Below are positions 28,204-39,074 of a stretch of DNA of 64,000 nt, piece after piece. The position numbers and the translations under genes were made by a program. Each line of letters begins with the position of its first letter. Within the stretch, counting starts at the first letter, position 1. Under the pieces are notes generated by a model. It was given only the letters and a program-made list of their open reading frames with translations. It did not search any database and was not told where the DNA came from. The stretch covers positions 8,105 to 72,104 of the forward strand of contig SLCF01000025.1 in the NCBI GenBank assembly GCA_007125955.1, given 5' to 3'. Source of the DNA: Bacteroidales bacterium. GTDB lineage: Bacteria; Bacteroidota; Bacteroidia; Bacteroidales; PUMT01.

Positions 28204-29961
28204 ATGCTGACAATTAGGGTTTTTGTTGTAATTCTTCTTTTTGTCTCCTCTTCCTGGACATATACCGGAGGAGAAGGAGTGGAAAACTCTCTTTTCATCA
28301 TGATCCTGGGCCTTGTTGGCGGGCTAGCCTTTTTTCTTTTTGGAATAGAAATGCTCAGCAGGGGGTTGCTTAAATGGGCAGGTGACAAGATGAGGGGCAT
28401 CCTGAGCAATATAACGGAGAATCGTTTTGTCGCAATGGGTGCTGGTGCCTTTGCAACTGTAATGACCCAGAGCAGCGGTACTACCAGCGCAATGCTTGTC
28501 AGTTTTGTAAATTCAAAACTTATGAAGTTCAGGCAAACGCTTGCAATGATCCTGGGCACAGGGATAGGCACTACTGTTACGGCTCAGCTCATAGCTTTCA
28601 GAATAACCGAGTATTCCCTGCTTATTGTTGCAACAGGTTTTGCCATTTATGCTTTTTCAAAGAACCAGCTTTACAGGAATATAGGTGAATCTTTGCTTGG
28701 GATGGGAATACTTTTTTACGGGATGTTCGTTATTTCGGAATCAATGGCACCTGTCAGGACCTATGAGCCCTTCTTAGAGTTTCTGGTAAGGCTTGAAAAT
28801 CCCCTTGCAGGCATTTTGATAGGGATTTTGTTTACAGTTGTACTTCAAAGCAGTGCTGCGTTTATCGGAATAATTATAATACTGGGTTCGCAGGGATTGC
28901 TTAGCCTGGATGCTTCCATCCCGATGATGTTCGGTTCCAATATCGGTACCGCTTTTACAACCGGACTGGCAAGTTTAAAAGCCGACAGGGAGGCGCGTAA
29001 AGTTGCACTTGCCACATTTGTTTTCAAGATATTGACAGTGCTGCTTTTCATTTGGTGGATATCTTCGTTCGCCTCTTTTATTGAGATTATTTCACCCCGT
29101 CCGGATCATGTTAACGGAACGGGAGCCGAAGCTGTTCCCCGTCAGATAGCCAATGCGCATACAGTATACAATATCGTAGCTGCTTTTGTAATACTACCCT
29201 TTACCGGGTTTTTCAGCCGGTTTTTTGACCGCCTGGTTCCACCCGCAGTCTCATATTCCGAACCGGAGTTCAAAGTCAGGCATCTGGATGAAAGTATGCT
29301 TAAAACACCAGCTCTGGCATTGAATATTGCAAAACAGGAAGTTATAAGGATGGGAGAGACAGTCAGGGAAATGGTGCGTGATTTTCCTCCCGCCTTTCTT
29401 GAGAAGGACAAGTCAGTGCTTCCTGAGATTGCAAAAAAGGAGAGAAAGGTTAACTTTTTAAGAGACCAGGTAAAAGATTACCTTCTGAAAATAACTCATG
29501 AAGGCATGTCTAAAGACAGAACAAATGAATCTTTCCAGATGTTCTACACTGTAAAGGAGCTGGAGCAGATTGCAGATGTAATATCCTCAAGATTGTACCG
29601 TAAGGCAATTGTATGGATAGAAAACGATTACCAGTTCTCAGAGGAGGGCAGGGAAGAGATACTTGAAATTCATGAAAATGCTATAAAACAGCTTAGCCGT
29701 GCCATTGAAGTCTTTTCCAGCGTTAATCTTGAAAAGGCACAGGAGATGGAGGTTAAACACAGAAAATACAGAAATATCTCTTTTGAAATTGAAAAGCAGC
29801 ATTATGAGCGTCTTGGCAGCTCAGTTGAAAAGTCAATACAAAGTTCGGAAACCCACCTTGAGATAATTACAATGCTGAGGGTAATAACCAGTTATTCAAC
29901 AAATATTGGCCGCATCCTCCTTAAATGGAGCCCCCCGCCAAAAAACGCCGAAAAAAATTGA
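28204..29961 (+). CDS. Na/Pi cotransporter family protein with PhoU-like C-terminal domain
   Basis: N-terminal polytopic half with duplicated Na_Pi_cotrans-type segments (QSSGTTSAML / QSSAAFIGII). C-terminal helical soluble half. Confidence 0.85.
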   Translation: MLTIRVFVVILLFVSSSWTYTGGEGVENSLFIMILGLVGGLAFFLFGIEMLSRGLLKWAGDKMRGILSNITENRFVAMGAGAFATVMTQSSGTTSAMLVSFVNSKLMKFRQTLAMILGTGIGTTVTAQLIAFRITEYSLLIVATGFAIYAFSKNQLYRNIGESLLGMGILFYGMFVISESMAPVRTYEPFLEFLVRLENPLAGILIGILFTVVLQSSAAFIGIIIILGSQGLLSLDASIPMMFGSNIGTAFTTGLASLKADREARKVALATFVFKILTVLLFIWWISSFASFIEIISPRPDHVNGTGAEAVPRQIANAHTVYNIVAAFVILPFTGFFSRFFDRLVPPAVSYSEPEFKVRHLDESMLKTPALALNIAKQEVIRMGETVREMVRDFPPAFLEKDKSVLPEIAKKERKVNFLRDQVKDYLLKITHEGMSKDRTNESFQMFYTVKELEQIADVISSRLYRKAIVWIENDYQFSEEGREEILEIHENAIKQLSRAIEVFSSVNLEKAQEMEVKHRKYRNISFEIEKQHYERLGSSVEKSIQSSETHLEIITMLRVITSYSTNIGRILLKWSPPPKNAEKN

Positions 29962-30005
29962 TAATCTTTCCGTGATGAAGACTGTAAAATGCTGCTGGTC
30001 TGCAA

Positions 30006-31208
30006 TTACCTGAAAGGTTGCCAGCTTTTTGCCAGTCCGCCAATACCGGTTTCACGGTAGGCGATCTGCATATCCCTGCCAGTTTCAGCCATTGTTTTTA
30101 CAACCTGATCAAATGCTATTTTATGTCCTCCATCTGAAAAAATAGCATATACTGCACATTCAAAGGCTTTGCCGGCGGCAATTGCATTCCTTTCAATGCA
30201 GGGTATTTGAACATACCCACCAACAGGGTCGCATGTAAGTCCCAGATTATGCTCAATTCCCATTTCAGCTGCATATTCAATCTGAGTGACAGACCCGCCC
30301 AGAATTTGAGTAGCTGCAGCTGCAGCCATTGCAGATGCAGTTCCTATCTCTGCCTGGCACCCAGCTTCAGCACCGGAAACAGAAGCATTTGTCTTAACAA
30401 TATTGCCTATGAGTCCTGCAGTAGCAAGTCCTCTCACAATCCTCTTAACAGGAAGATCGTTTTGTTTCTGTAAAAAATAGAGTACTGAAGGCAGAACCCC
30501 CGAAGAGCCGCATGTAGGTGCAGTAACTACGCGTCCGCCTGAAGCATTTTCTTCGGATACGGCCAGTGCATAAGAAAACCTTAATCCGATATTTCTGATA
30601 GATTCATTTGAGTTTCCGGATTTTGTGTGGTATATGCCTGCTTTCCTTCCAAGCCTTATCGAACCGGGCAGCACTCTTTCCTTCTCAATGCCTCTTTTAA
30701 TTGATGCTTTCATTGCTTCCCAGACTTTTTCAAGATACTCCCATATCTCTTTCCCTTCATTTTCTTCAATGTACTCCCACAAAGACCTTCCTTCTTTTTT
30801 GCAATATTTTATAATACCGCTCAGGTTATCATGTTTGTATATATTTTTTCTCTTAATCCTTCCGTCTGTGTCTTTAAGGTCTCCGCCCCCGGTACTGTAA
30901 ACCTCCCAGGAATCAATTTTTTCTCCCCTGCTGTCATAAGCTTCGAAAACCATCCCGTTTGGATGAAGAGGAAGGTTGATTTCAGGCTTCCATCTGATCT
31001 CAATTTCATTAGGTTCAAAAACTTTTTTAAGTGCGGCATCAGTGTTGTGACCCCTGCCTGTTGCTGCAAGGCTTCCGTAAAGTGTTACAGCCCATGAGCC
31101 GGCATTCTTGTTCCGTTCCATAAATATCTCGCCTGCTAATCCGCATCCTATAGTATGACTTGAAGACGGTCCGTATCCTATTTTGTAAAGTTCCCTTATT
31201 GATAACAT
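30006..31208 (-). CDS. sdaA: L-serine ammonia-lyase (iron-sulfur dependent, single-chain)
   Basis: N-terminal SIRELYKIGYGPSSSHT and C-terminal alpha-domain blocks (TAPTCGSSGVLP; EIGTASAMAA). Confidence 0.9.
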   Translation of the reverse strand: MLSIRELYKIGYGPSSSHTIGCGLAGEIFMERNKNAGSWAVTLYGSLAATGRGHNTDAALKKVFEPNEIEIRWKPEINLPLHPNGMVFEAYDSRGEKIDSWEVYSTGGGDLKDTDGRIKRKNIYKHDNLSGIIKYCKKEGRSLWEYIEENEGKEIWEYLEKVWEAMKASIKRGIEKERVLPGSIRLGRKAGIYHTKSGNSNESIRNIGLRFSYALAVSEENASGGRVVTAPTCGSSGVLPSVLYFLQKQNDLPVKRIVRGLATAGLIGNIVKTNASVSGAEAGCQAEIGTASAMAAAAATQILGGSVTQIEYAAEMGIEHNLGLTCDPVGGYVQIPCIERNAIAAGKAFECAVYAIFSDGGHKIAFDQVVKTMAETGRDMQIAYRETGIGGLAKSWQPFR

Positions 31209-31304
31209 TTATATGGTTTTTTTGAAATAATTATATTTATTTCTGATGACAATATACAATACTCAAGATCTATATGATATTGTTTCAAACAGCGTTGCAG
31301 AATG

Positions 31305-31312
31305 CAAAAATA
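31305..31312 (-). promoter_or_regulatory. candidate -7 promoter box (TATTTTTG) for sdaA
   Basis: Plus-strand CAAAAATA is the reverse complement of TAnnTTTG, about 97 nt upstream of the ATG at 31208. Confidence 0.35.
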
Positions 31313-31552
31313 GAGACTTTTTACATATATAAAAATGTGCATAAAGCAAAATGCTGCTTATGAGCAAGCTGCAAATTTTATTATTCAATAAACCAAACAG
31401 GGGAATGGTTTTTACTGGCAATCCTTTATCTTTGGTGCTTACAAATCAGGGTTATTAAATCAAACGTTTTATATTATCTTGCCACGACGATTCATAAGGT
31501 TGTGTGTAATTTTTCCTTATACCGTGTATCATTTTTGAAAAAAAATTTTATT

Positions 31553-31560
31553 TACATTTG
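31553..31560 (+). promoter_or_regulatory. candidate -7 promoter box (TACATTTG) for the 31607 gene
   Basis: Matches TAnnTTTG, 47 nt upstream of the ATG at 31607. Confidence 0.4.
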
Positions 31561-31606
31561 ATTCATGGTTTTACCGTCTGAAGATTTTCCGGGAAATTAC
31601 TGAGAT

Positions 31607-32785
31607 ATGCAGAATAAATTTTCGCTTCATGAGGTTAATGACAGGAGTATTGCAGCAGAATTTCTGAATCTCCCTGTTAAATTGTATGAAAATGATCCTG
31701 CGTGGATACGGCCGCTAAACAGAGATGTGGAAAAAGTTTTCGACAAAAGGGAAAACAAATCTTTTCGCAATGGCGAATGTATCCGCTGGGTTTTAATGGA
31801 TGTTTCAGGAGTGACTGTGGGGCGTGTGGCCGCTTTTGTTGATCGCAAGACTGCTTTCAGGAATGAGCAGCCTACAGGAGGAATAGGTTTTTTCGAATGT
31901 GTAAATGACAAAAATGCCGCTTTTATTTTATTTGACAGCTGTCGCCTGTGGCTTGCTGAGAGAGGCATGGAGGCCATGGATGGTCCCGTCAATTTCGGTG
32001 ACAGGGAAAGGTGGTGGGGGCTGCTGGTTGACGGATTCATTGAGCCAAATTACTGCATGCCCTATAATTTCCCATACTATAAGGATCTTTTCGAATCATA
32101 CGGTTTCAGGAATTACTTCAACCAGTACACATACGGTCGCCCCATTAGTACAGACGGTATAGAGGACAGTATCTGGGAAAAAGCAGAGCGGGTATTGTCA
32201 AATCCTGCTTACTCTTTCAGTAACATTGATAAAAAAAACCTTAAAAAAGCAGCCGAAGAGTTCCGTACTGTTTATAATCAGGCATGGGTAAGGCATTCCG
32301 GTGTTAAGAAGATAACACGTCTGCATGCCATGTCTATTTTAAAAAGTATTAAGCTCGTAATGGATGAAAAGCTTATCTGGTTTGGTTATTACAGGGACGA
32401 ACCGATTGCTTTTTTCATAAGCATACCCGAAATGAACCAGATTGTGAAAAAACTGAACGGGAAGTTTGGTTTTGCAGGCAAATTAAAATTTTTTTACTAC
32501 AAATGGCGTAAAAGGTGCACCAAAGCCTTCGGTGTTGTTTTCGGTGTAGTTCCCGCTCACCAGGGCAAAGGTGTGGAAAGTGCGATTATTAAGGCATTTG
32601 CCGACGCTGCTCTCAGATCCGGTTTTCCTTACCGTTATCTTGAAATGAACTGGATAGGCGATTTCAATCCTTCAATGATGAAAGTTGCCGAAAAGATAGG
32701 TGCAAAAATAGTCAAAACACATGTGACTTACCGCTACCTTTTCGACAGAAGCAAGGAGTTCAAAAGAGCAAGATTCTTCAGTTGA
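31607..32785 (+). CDS. conserved hypothetical protein, possible GNAT-type acyltransferase
   Basis: Long uninterrupted ORF. VPAHQGKGVESAII resembles GNAT motif A (Q/RxxGxG/A). No other diagnostic motif recognised. Confidence 0.45.
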   Translation: MQNKFSLHEVNDRSIAAEFLNLPVKLYENDPAWIRPLNRDVEKVFDKRENKSFRNGECIRWVLMDVSGVTVGRVAAFVDRKTAFRNEQPTGGIGFFECVNDKNAAFILFDSCRLWLAERGMEAMDGPVNFGDRERWWGLLVDGFIEPNYCMPYNFPYYKDLFESYGFRNYFNQYTYGRPISTDGIEDSIWEKAERVLSNPAYSFSNIDKKNLKKAAEEFRTVYNQAWVRHSGVKKITRLHAMSILKSIKLVMDEKLIWFGYYRDEPIAFFISIPEMNQIVKKLNGKFGFAGKLKFFYYKWRKRCTKAFGVVFGVVPAHQGKGVESAIIKAFADAALRSGFPYRYLEMNWIGDFNPSMMKVAEKIGAKIVKTHVTYRYLFDRSKEFKRARFFS

Positions 32786-32808
32786 CAAGAATTTGATACC
32801 GCCGGAAA

Positions 32809-33885
32809 TTAATGTTTGTAAACAATGGCATTAATATTCATGCCTGCTCCAACAGAGGCAAATATGATGATGTCATTCTCATTTATGCTGTGCTCGGTTA
32901 ACATATCTTTCATGATCATGTCATAAAGTGTTGGAATTGTTGCCACAGAACTGTTTCCCAGCTTTTGTATGTTCATTGGCATAATCCCGGAAATATCCGG
33001 CCTCATTCCGAACATTTTGTAGAATCTCTTAACAATTGCCTCATCCATTTTTTCATTTGCCTGGTGGATAAGTATTTTTTTCACTTTTTCAACCGGGACC
33101 CCCGATTTGTCAAGAGCTGTTTTCATTGCTGCAGGAACATGTGAAAGGGAATATTCGTATATTTTACGACCGTGCATTTTTATGTACCTTACAAACGGGT
33201 CACTTTCAGGGGCGTTTGATTTCCCGAGGTAGAGATAATAAAGCTCTTCGTTTGAATGTGTAACGGCAGCCGTTGAAAGAATACCCTTCCTTTCGGCCGT
33301 TTCTACCCCCTCAATAATAGTGGCGCCTGCACCATCGGAAAAGATCATGGTGTCACGGTCATATTTGTCTGATACACGCGACAGTGTTTCCGCACCAATA
33401 ACCAGACAACGCTTTGCCATGCCGGAAATGATATATGAGTGTGCCTGAATAACGCCCTGCAACCATCCGGGACATCCGAAAATAATATCATATGCAATGC
33501 AGCCGGGGTTCTTTATCCCGATTATGTTTTTCACTCTGGCGGCAAGGCTGGGAACAACGTCGGTCTGAATAGTCCCTTTTATTACATTGCCGAAATTATG
33601 GGCAACAATTATCTGATCAATTGTTTCACGGTCTATCCCGGCACTTTCAATTGCCCTTTCTGCTGCAATCGCTGCAATATCTGAAGTGTTCAGATCTTCA
33701 TTAACCCATCTCCGTTCAGCTATTCCTGTAATATCCCTGAACTGGTTGACGGTTATCTCTCCAGGTCTGTCAACCTTTGTATTATCCTTTTCGAAAAAGG
33801 TCTGTTTTGTAAAATCGTTATTCTTTATAATGACAGTCGGTATATAGCTTCCCGAGCCTGTTATTAAAGTACTGATATTGCTCAT
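32809..33885 (-). CDS. 3-oxoacyl-ACP synthase III (FabH-like)
   Basis: Thiolase-fold KAS III features: active-site Cys context FGCPGW, HQAN, GNSSVATIP. Confidence 0.85.
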   Translation of the reverse strand: MSNISTLITGSGSYIPTVIIKNNDFTKQTFFEKDNTKVDRPGEITVNQFRDITGIAERRWVNEDLNTSDIAAIAAERAIESAGIDRETIDQIIVAHNFGNVIKGTIQTDVVPSLAARVKNIIGIKNPGCIAYDIIFGCPGWLQGVIQAHSYIISGMAKRCLVIGAETLSRVSDKYDRDTMIFSDGAGATIIEGVETAERKGILSTAAVTHSNEELYYLYLGKSNAPESDPFVRYIKMHGRKIYEYSLSHVPAAMKTALDKSGVPVEKVKKILIHQANEKMDEAIVKRFYKMFGMRPDISGIMPMNIQKLGNSSVATIPTLYDMIMKDMLTEHSINENDIIIFASVGAGMNINAIVYKH

Positions 33886-33976
33886 ATGTCAAACGTATTA
33901 ATTAAAGGTGTTTAAAATCAACAGCAGTTGTTGATAATTTTATTTCAAATAAATGCTATCCAAGTCAACGAACATT

Positions 33977-33984
33977 TATTTTTG
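33977..33984 (+). promoter_or_regulatory. candidate -7 promoter box (TATTTTTG) for the 34062 gene block
   Basis: Matches TAnnTTTG, 78 nt upstream of the ATG at 34062. Confidence 0.4.
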
Positions 33985-34061
33985 CAAAAATAAACTATTT
34001 TTTCAACGAAGGAAACCGTACTTTTCCGTATTCATATTTCTCCATAGCTCTCTTTTATAAA

Positions 34062-36830
34062 ATGCCAGGGTTTAAACAACTATACATTAGCACTGCATTG
34101 CTGAAAAGTATCCTTTCAGTTACGGTTTTTCTGATTTTACTGGCAATAGTTATTGCCGGCTATATTCACATGAAAAATCAGAGTTATGATTACTCTGATC
34201 CGCTGGAAGCGGTTCCGGAAAGCTCCACTTTTATTTTCAAAATCAATGATTTTCCCGGCACACTCAGATTCCTGAAGGACGAATCAGTATATTTCAGTGG
34301 AGATATTAAGGATCAAATGGTCAACAGTATAGCCCGGGTGCTGGATTCAACCGATTCTTTATCATCAGATTATCCTGATCTGGCTGAATGGCTGGATATC
34401 AACCCCGTTTATATATCGTTAAATGTTAATGAGGACAACGGTTATAGCTTTGTTTTACATATGTCTTTACCATCCGGGACGCAAACTTCTGATGTAAATG
34501 ATGCAATTATCCGGTTTGCTGTGGATAGTCAGGAAACAACCTCAAGGATCTACAGGAGTATGGAAATTAAAACAGCTTTTTTAAAAGAGAATGACCGGGA
34601 ACATATGTTTGAATGGGCAATTACCGAAGGGATACTGATTGCTGCTTTTCCCGGTTCATGTCTGGATATGTCGCTGGATGCCCTGGTTGAAGGTACCGGA
34701 ATAAAAGGGAGTGACAGTTTCAGAAGACTTGCATCTACTGCGGTGATTGATGCTGATGCCTATCTCTACTTCGATTTTGAAGATTTACCTTTGTTGGTTT
34801 CCCGAATTTTCTCTCCGGAATATTGTGAAATAAGCAGATTTTTTGAAAGTTTTACCGGGATGGCCGGGCTGGACATACATTTCAGGGAGGGGACAGTGAT
34901 GTTAAACGGGTTTAACCTTACAAACGATGATGCAAAGCAATATCTCGACCTTTTTGTCAACTTTCACGGAAGCACAAATAGTATTGAAAGGGTCATTCCT
35001 TCCAATACCGGGTTTTTCATTGCGATAGGAATGGATGATCTATTGCGGTTTAATTCAGGTTACCGGGATTTCATCAAAGAATATGGCGGGTATGAGGAAT
35101 ATCTCGAAAAATTAGATCATGCCGGGAATATTGCAGGAAAAGGATTTGTAGATTTTTTTGGAAGTTGTTATGACGGTCAGGCTGCTTTATGGTTCAATCA
35201 GTTCAATTCAAACATTGATGAATCAGTTCCTTTTTTTGCAATCAGAATGAATAATGAAAAGGCAGCAATTAAGGAGCTTGAATCGGTTTCTGAAAAACTG
35301 CAGGGAGTTGATGCAGATGGAATTCCAGGGGATATTGAGATTTATAAATTTCCTGTTGTCAACACCGGTGAAATGCTTTTTGGCAGGATATTTTCAGGCA
35401 TCAATACACCCTATATGACTTTCTGGAAAGAATATGCATTATTTGGAGGATCTTCTGAAGGATTGATATACATCATTAAAAACCTTGAAACGGGAAACAC
35501 CCTGGGGGCTGATCCTTATTATAATCGATACTCTTTGCATCTTACTGAAGGAAGTAATCTGCATTTTTTCTTCAATTTTTCACTTTTGAGCCGAATATTC
35601 CCCGGGTGTCTGAATGACCCCTGGAGCCGCCTGTTTGACTATAATACTAAAATGCCGGGGGAATTCAAAGGTGCCGGTATTCAGATCAGTTCTCTAAGAA
35701 ACATGATATACCAAAATACAGTTTTCTGTTACAGCTTGTTTTCTGAGCCGGCTGAAAATGTGGAATGGCAGATACTGCTGGACACATTGATTGATTTCAA
35801 GCCGCAGTTTATTGTGAATCACAATACCGGGATGAATGAAGTATTTGTACAGGACCTGAATAATAATATCTATCTGATAGACGGCACCGGAAATGTTTTG
35901 TGGAGGAAACAGCTCTCCGGCCCCGTACTTGGGGAAGTTTGCCAAATCGATTATTACGGCAACGGGATGTTACAGATGCTGTTCAATACTGAAAACAAGG
36001 TTTACCTTCTGGACCGGAACGGGAACTATGTTGACCGCTACCCCTTTTCGCTGCCTTCACCTGCAAGCAACGGCTTATCCTTATTCGACTATGAAGGAGA
36101 TGGTAATTACAGGATTTTTGTACCATGCAGTGACAGTAATGTTTATGTTTTTAACAAACAAGGGCAGAAGGTGAGCGGATGGGGTTTCAGGGGAGCAGAG
36201 CATCCGGTTCACACTAATGTTCAACATTTCCGTACAGGGGGAAGGGATTATATTGTTTTTGCAGATTATTATAATGTTTATATACTCGACAGAAGGGGTA
36301 ACATAAGGGTGAATGTTCCCGAAAGTTTTCCGCTTTCCCGGAATAATAACCCTGTCTTTGAGGAGAGCCCCGGACCGCGTCTTGCAGTTACTGATAATGA
36401 GGGCAGGGTAAGGTATATATATTTTGACGGAAGGATGGAAGAAAAGGAGTTGGGCTTTTTCACTGCAGACCATTTTTTTGACTACTATGACATTGACTCA
36501 GATGGGCAGAGAGAATTTATATTTGCCGATGGCAGGAGGATGGAAGTTTACAAACAGGATAATACCAAATTGTACAGCCGTGAGTTCGAAGACCCTGTTA
36601 CCCACAGGCCATCTATGTACCATTTTGCAGCCGGCAATAGGAAAACCGGGATTGTGCTGCAAAACCAAAAAAAGATCTATTTGATAAACAGCGACGGGTC
36701 TTTATATCAAGGATTTCCGTTAAAAGGGAGGTCGCTTTTTTCAATCGGCTTCCTTGATAGGGAAAGGAGTTATTTTAATTTAATAACCGGGGGGAATGAT
36801 AACTTTTTATTCAATTATTACGTACATTAG
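34062..36830 (+). CDS. membrane-anchored hypothetical protein with C-terminal beta-propeller-like (FG-GAP-like) repeats
   Basis: One N-terminal TM helix (ILSVTVFLILLAIVIAGYI). The C-terminal ~350 aa have repeated strand patterns and Asp/Gly loops (FDYEGDGNYRIFV, YDIDSDGQREFIF). No catalytic motif recognised. Confidence 0.7.
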   Translation: MPGFKQLYISTALLKSILSVTVFLILLAIVIAGYIHMKNQSYDYSDPLEAVPESSTFIFKINDFPGTLRFLKDESVYFSGDIKDQMVNSIARVLDSTDSLSSDYPDLAEWLDINPVYISLNVNEDNGYSFVLHMSLPSGTQTSDVNDAIIRFAVDSQETTSRIYRSMEIKTAFLKENDREHMFEWAITEGILIAAFPGSCLDMSLDALVEGTGIKGSDSFRRLASTAVIDADAYLYFDFEDLPLLVSRIFSPEYCEISRFFESFTGMAGLDIHFREGTVMLNGFNLTNDDAKQYLDLFVNFHGSTNSIERVIPSNTGFFIAIGMDDLLRFNSGYRDFIKEYGGYEEYLEKLDHAGNIAGKGFVDFFGSCYDGQAALWFNQFNSNIDESVPFFAIRMNNEKAAIKELESVSEKLQGVDADGIPGDIEIYKFPVVNTGEMLFGRIFSGINTPYMTFWKEYALFGGSSEGLIYIIKNLETGNTLGADPYYNRYSLHLTEGSNLHFFFNFSLLSRIFPGCLNDPWSRLFDYNTKMPGEFKGAGIQISSLRNMIYQNTVFCYSLFSEPAENVEWQILLDTLIDFKPQFIVNHNTGMNEVFVQDLNNNIYLIDGTGNVLWRKQLSGPVLGEVCQIDYYGNGMLQMLFNTENKVYLLDRNGNYVDRYPFSLPSPASNGLSLFDYEGDGNYRIFVPCSDSNVYVFNKQGQKVSGWGFRGAEHPVHTNVQHFRTGGRDYIVFADYYNVYILDRRGNIRVNVPESFPLSRNNNPVFEESPGPRLAVTDNEGRVRYIYFDGRMEEKELGFFTADHFFDYYDIDSDGQREFIFADGRRMEVYKQDNTKLYSREFEDPVTHRPSMYHFAAGNRKTGIVLQNQKKIYLINSDGSLYQGFPLKGRSLFSIGFLDRERSYFNLITGGNDNFLFNYYVH

Positions 36831-36951
36831 TATAATATAAATCCGCTCTTTTTCTAATCTGCTTGAGGAAGGCATAATTAATCAGTGACAATACTTTATT
36901 CTTTCCTGCAGAGGGTGAGAATTAAATATATATGTTTAAGTTAAATTAATT

Positions 36952-39060
36952 ATGATGAAAAATACTCTCTTTTTTTATTCAAGGCTCCTTTTTTTTACAG
37001 GGATCCTGCTTTTTGTTTTTCAATCCTGTGTTAAAGACAATTTTGATTTAGATAAACTGTCTGAACAGGTTGAAATGAAACCTTCTTTTTCTCTGGCCCT
37101 GGCAAATGGCAGCCTTACCATAGCTGATCTGATCGAACCGGATGATTCACTCATCTTTTTCGATCCGGACAACAGCATAAGACTTGTTTCAAGAGAGGAC
37201 TCCATTTTTTCTGTTGAAATGTCCGAATTTGTGGAAATACCGGAGCAGGCAACAACCACTAAAATACTGAATTATGAGCCTGTTTTGATAGATGATATTG
37301 ATGTAACCTCTTCGATAACTCTTGGAGATATAGTTGAAGATCTGAATGAGCCTGAAAAAAGCATTCTTGAGAGTTATGAAAACAGCAGTGAAGTTTTTCC
37401 CGGGATACCACCACAGAATGCAGGGAGCTATTTTTTTGAAGGGTTACCCGATATCGACTGGGTGGAGTTTTCAGAGGGAGAGATGATCATTCAGGTTGTG
37501 AACAACTTACCGGTTTTGTTAAGCACTTTTGAGATTACGGTTTATAACGAAACCGACAACTCGGTGGTTGGGAGCTTCAGTTTCTCCTATGTTGACAGCG
37601 GGGAAATGGCTTCACAGACAATCGATATGTCGGGTATAATACTGCATGACCAACTTCGCATTGAAATTACCGAGATAAGTTCTCCCGGCAGTTCTGAAGA
37701 GGTTTATATAGATTTTTCCGATAATATCCAGATAACAGCAGTAGGTGAAAACATTAAAGTTTTAAGGGGAAGAGCAGTCCTGCCCCATTATGTTGTGGAC
37801 AGTTCTGAAGAGCTGTATGAACTAGAAGTTGACGGTGATGAAAGAATTACAGTCCTTGAACTGGCAGAAGCGGGGATAGGGTACCATATTGAAGGCGATT
37901 TGTTTGACGGGGTTTTTATTGAGCTGGTTTTGCCGGAGACGAAAAGGGACGATACACCTGTAGAGGTGCTTGTTGCACTGGTTGAAGGAGCTCCCTACAT
38001 TGAGGGAAGTGTTGATCTTGGCGGTACAAGGAGCGATCTTTCAACTGACCCGGATAAACCGTACAACCATTTTGCAGTTGAATACAATTTCTATGTCAAC
38101 TCTGACGGGAACATGGTTGATTTCGATTTTTCACACGGCGGTTTAGAGTTGGATTACACTATTAATAACATTGAAATCGAATATATTGAAGGTTATTTTG
38201 GGATGCACGAGGTAATACTTGAGGAAGATGAGTTTGATCTCGGATCTGATCTCGATTTTCTGGATGATTTTACTGGCGAATTTAAATTTACAGACCCCCG
38301 TGTGAGATTAATTTATGAAAATTCCTTTGGAGTGCCCCTGGAACTTGATATTAATATGATGGGAGAATCCGGCGATAGTGAACCGACCCACCTCAATCCG
38401 CCTCTGATATCCTTTATTGCCGCAACCGATACAACTGCTGCCTATTCAGGTGAGTTTGAAATAAACCGTGATAATTCCAATATTGTGGATTTTATCGGTG
38501 ACAGACCTGAATTAATCCATTTCTCAGGCAAGGTTACAGCCAATCCCGGCAATGGCGATCCACCGGATATGTCAAATTTTGCAAGCCGTAACAGCACCAT
38601 CACAGTCGGTTTGGAAGCAGAATTGCCTCTTGAAGTTCAGATAAGTGATTTCGGACTTTCCGATACCACCGACCTGGAAGTAGATGCCGAAGATATCGAT
38701 TTTATTGAGAATGCCGTACTATACCTGTCAGCCCTGAACGGTTTTCCACTGAGTCTTGCCCTTGACCTGGTATTACATGATTCCCAAACAGATACGGATC
38801 TTTACAGTTTTGATGAAATTATTGTCATGTCGGCCGCCCCTGTCGATGCCGCCGGTATCGTGCAGGACGGTCAGACAGGTTCCTCGGCCGCTGAAATTGA
38901 AATGAGCAGGGAGGTACTGGATTATTTTGCCGAAGCTGATAAGCTAATAATAACTTTTAAGCTAAACACTTCAGACGGTGGCGAAGTTCCGGTAAAGTTC
39001 CTAACAACATATTCGGTTGACTTCAACTTAAGAATAAAGTCAAATTTTGTTATCAGGTAA
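36952..39060 (+). CDS. acidic hypothetical lipoprotein
   Basis: Signal peptide ending in lipobox-like FVFQSC followed by VKDNFD. The mature protein is visibly Asp/Glu-rich with no recognisable enzyme motif. Confidence 0.7.
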   Translation: MMKNTLFFYSRLLFFTGILLFVFQSCVKDNFDLDKLSEQVEMKPSFSLALANGSLTIADLIEPDDSLIFFDPDNSIRLVSREDSIFSVEMSEFVEIPEQATTTKILNYEPVLIDDIDVTSSITLGDIVEDLNEPEKSILESYENSSEVFPGIPPQNAGSYFFEGLPDIDWVEFSEGEMIIQVVNNLPVLLSTFEITVYNETDNSVVGSFSFSYVDSGEMASQTIDMSGIILHDQLRIEITEISSPGSSEEVYIDFSDNIQITAVGENIKVLRGRAVLPHYVVDSSEELYELEVDGDERITVLELAEAGIGYHIEGDLFDGVFIELVLPETKRDDTPVEVLVALVEGAPYIEGSVDLGGTRSDLSTDPDKPYNHFAVEYNFYVNSDGNMVDFDFSHGGLELDYTINNIEIEYIEGYFGMHEVILEEDEFDLGSDLDFLDDFTGEFKFTDPRVRLIYENSFGVPLELDINMMGESGDSEPTHLNPPLISFIAATDTTAAYSGEFEINRDNSNIVDFIGDRPELIHFSGKVTANPGNGDPPDMSNFASRNSTITVGLEAELPLEVQISDFGLSDTTDLEVDAEDIDFIENAVLYLSALNGFPLSLALDLVLHDSQTDTDLYSFDEIIVMSAAPVDAAGIVQDGQTGSSAAEIEMSREVLDYFAEADKLIITFKLNTSDGGEVPVKFLTTYSVDFNLRIKSNFVIR

Positions 39061-39074
39061 AAAAATTACAGATC

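Noticed and set aside
31209-31606. 398-bp AT-rich intergenic region considered for a small RNA or small ORF
   Set aside because: It contains only short 4-5 bp palindromes and two candidate divergent promoter boxes. No convincing structure or ORF is visible by eye.
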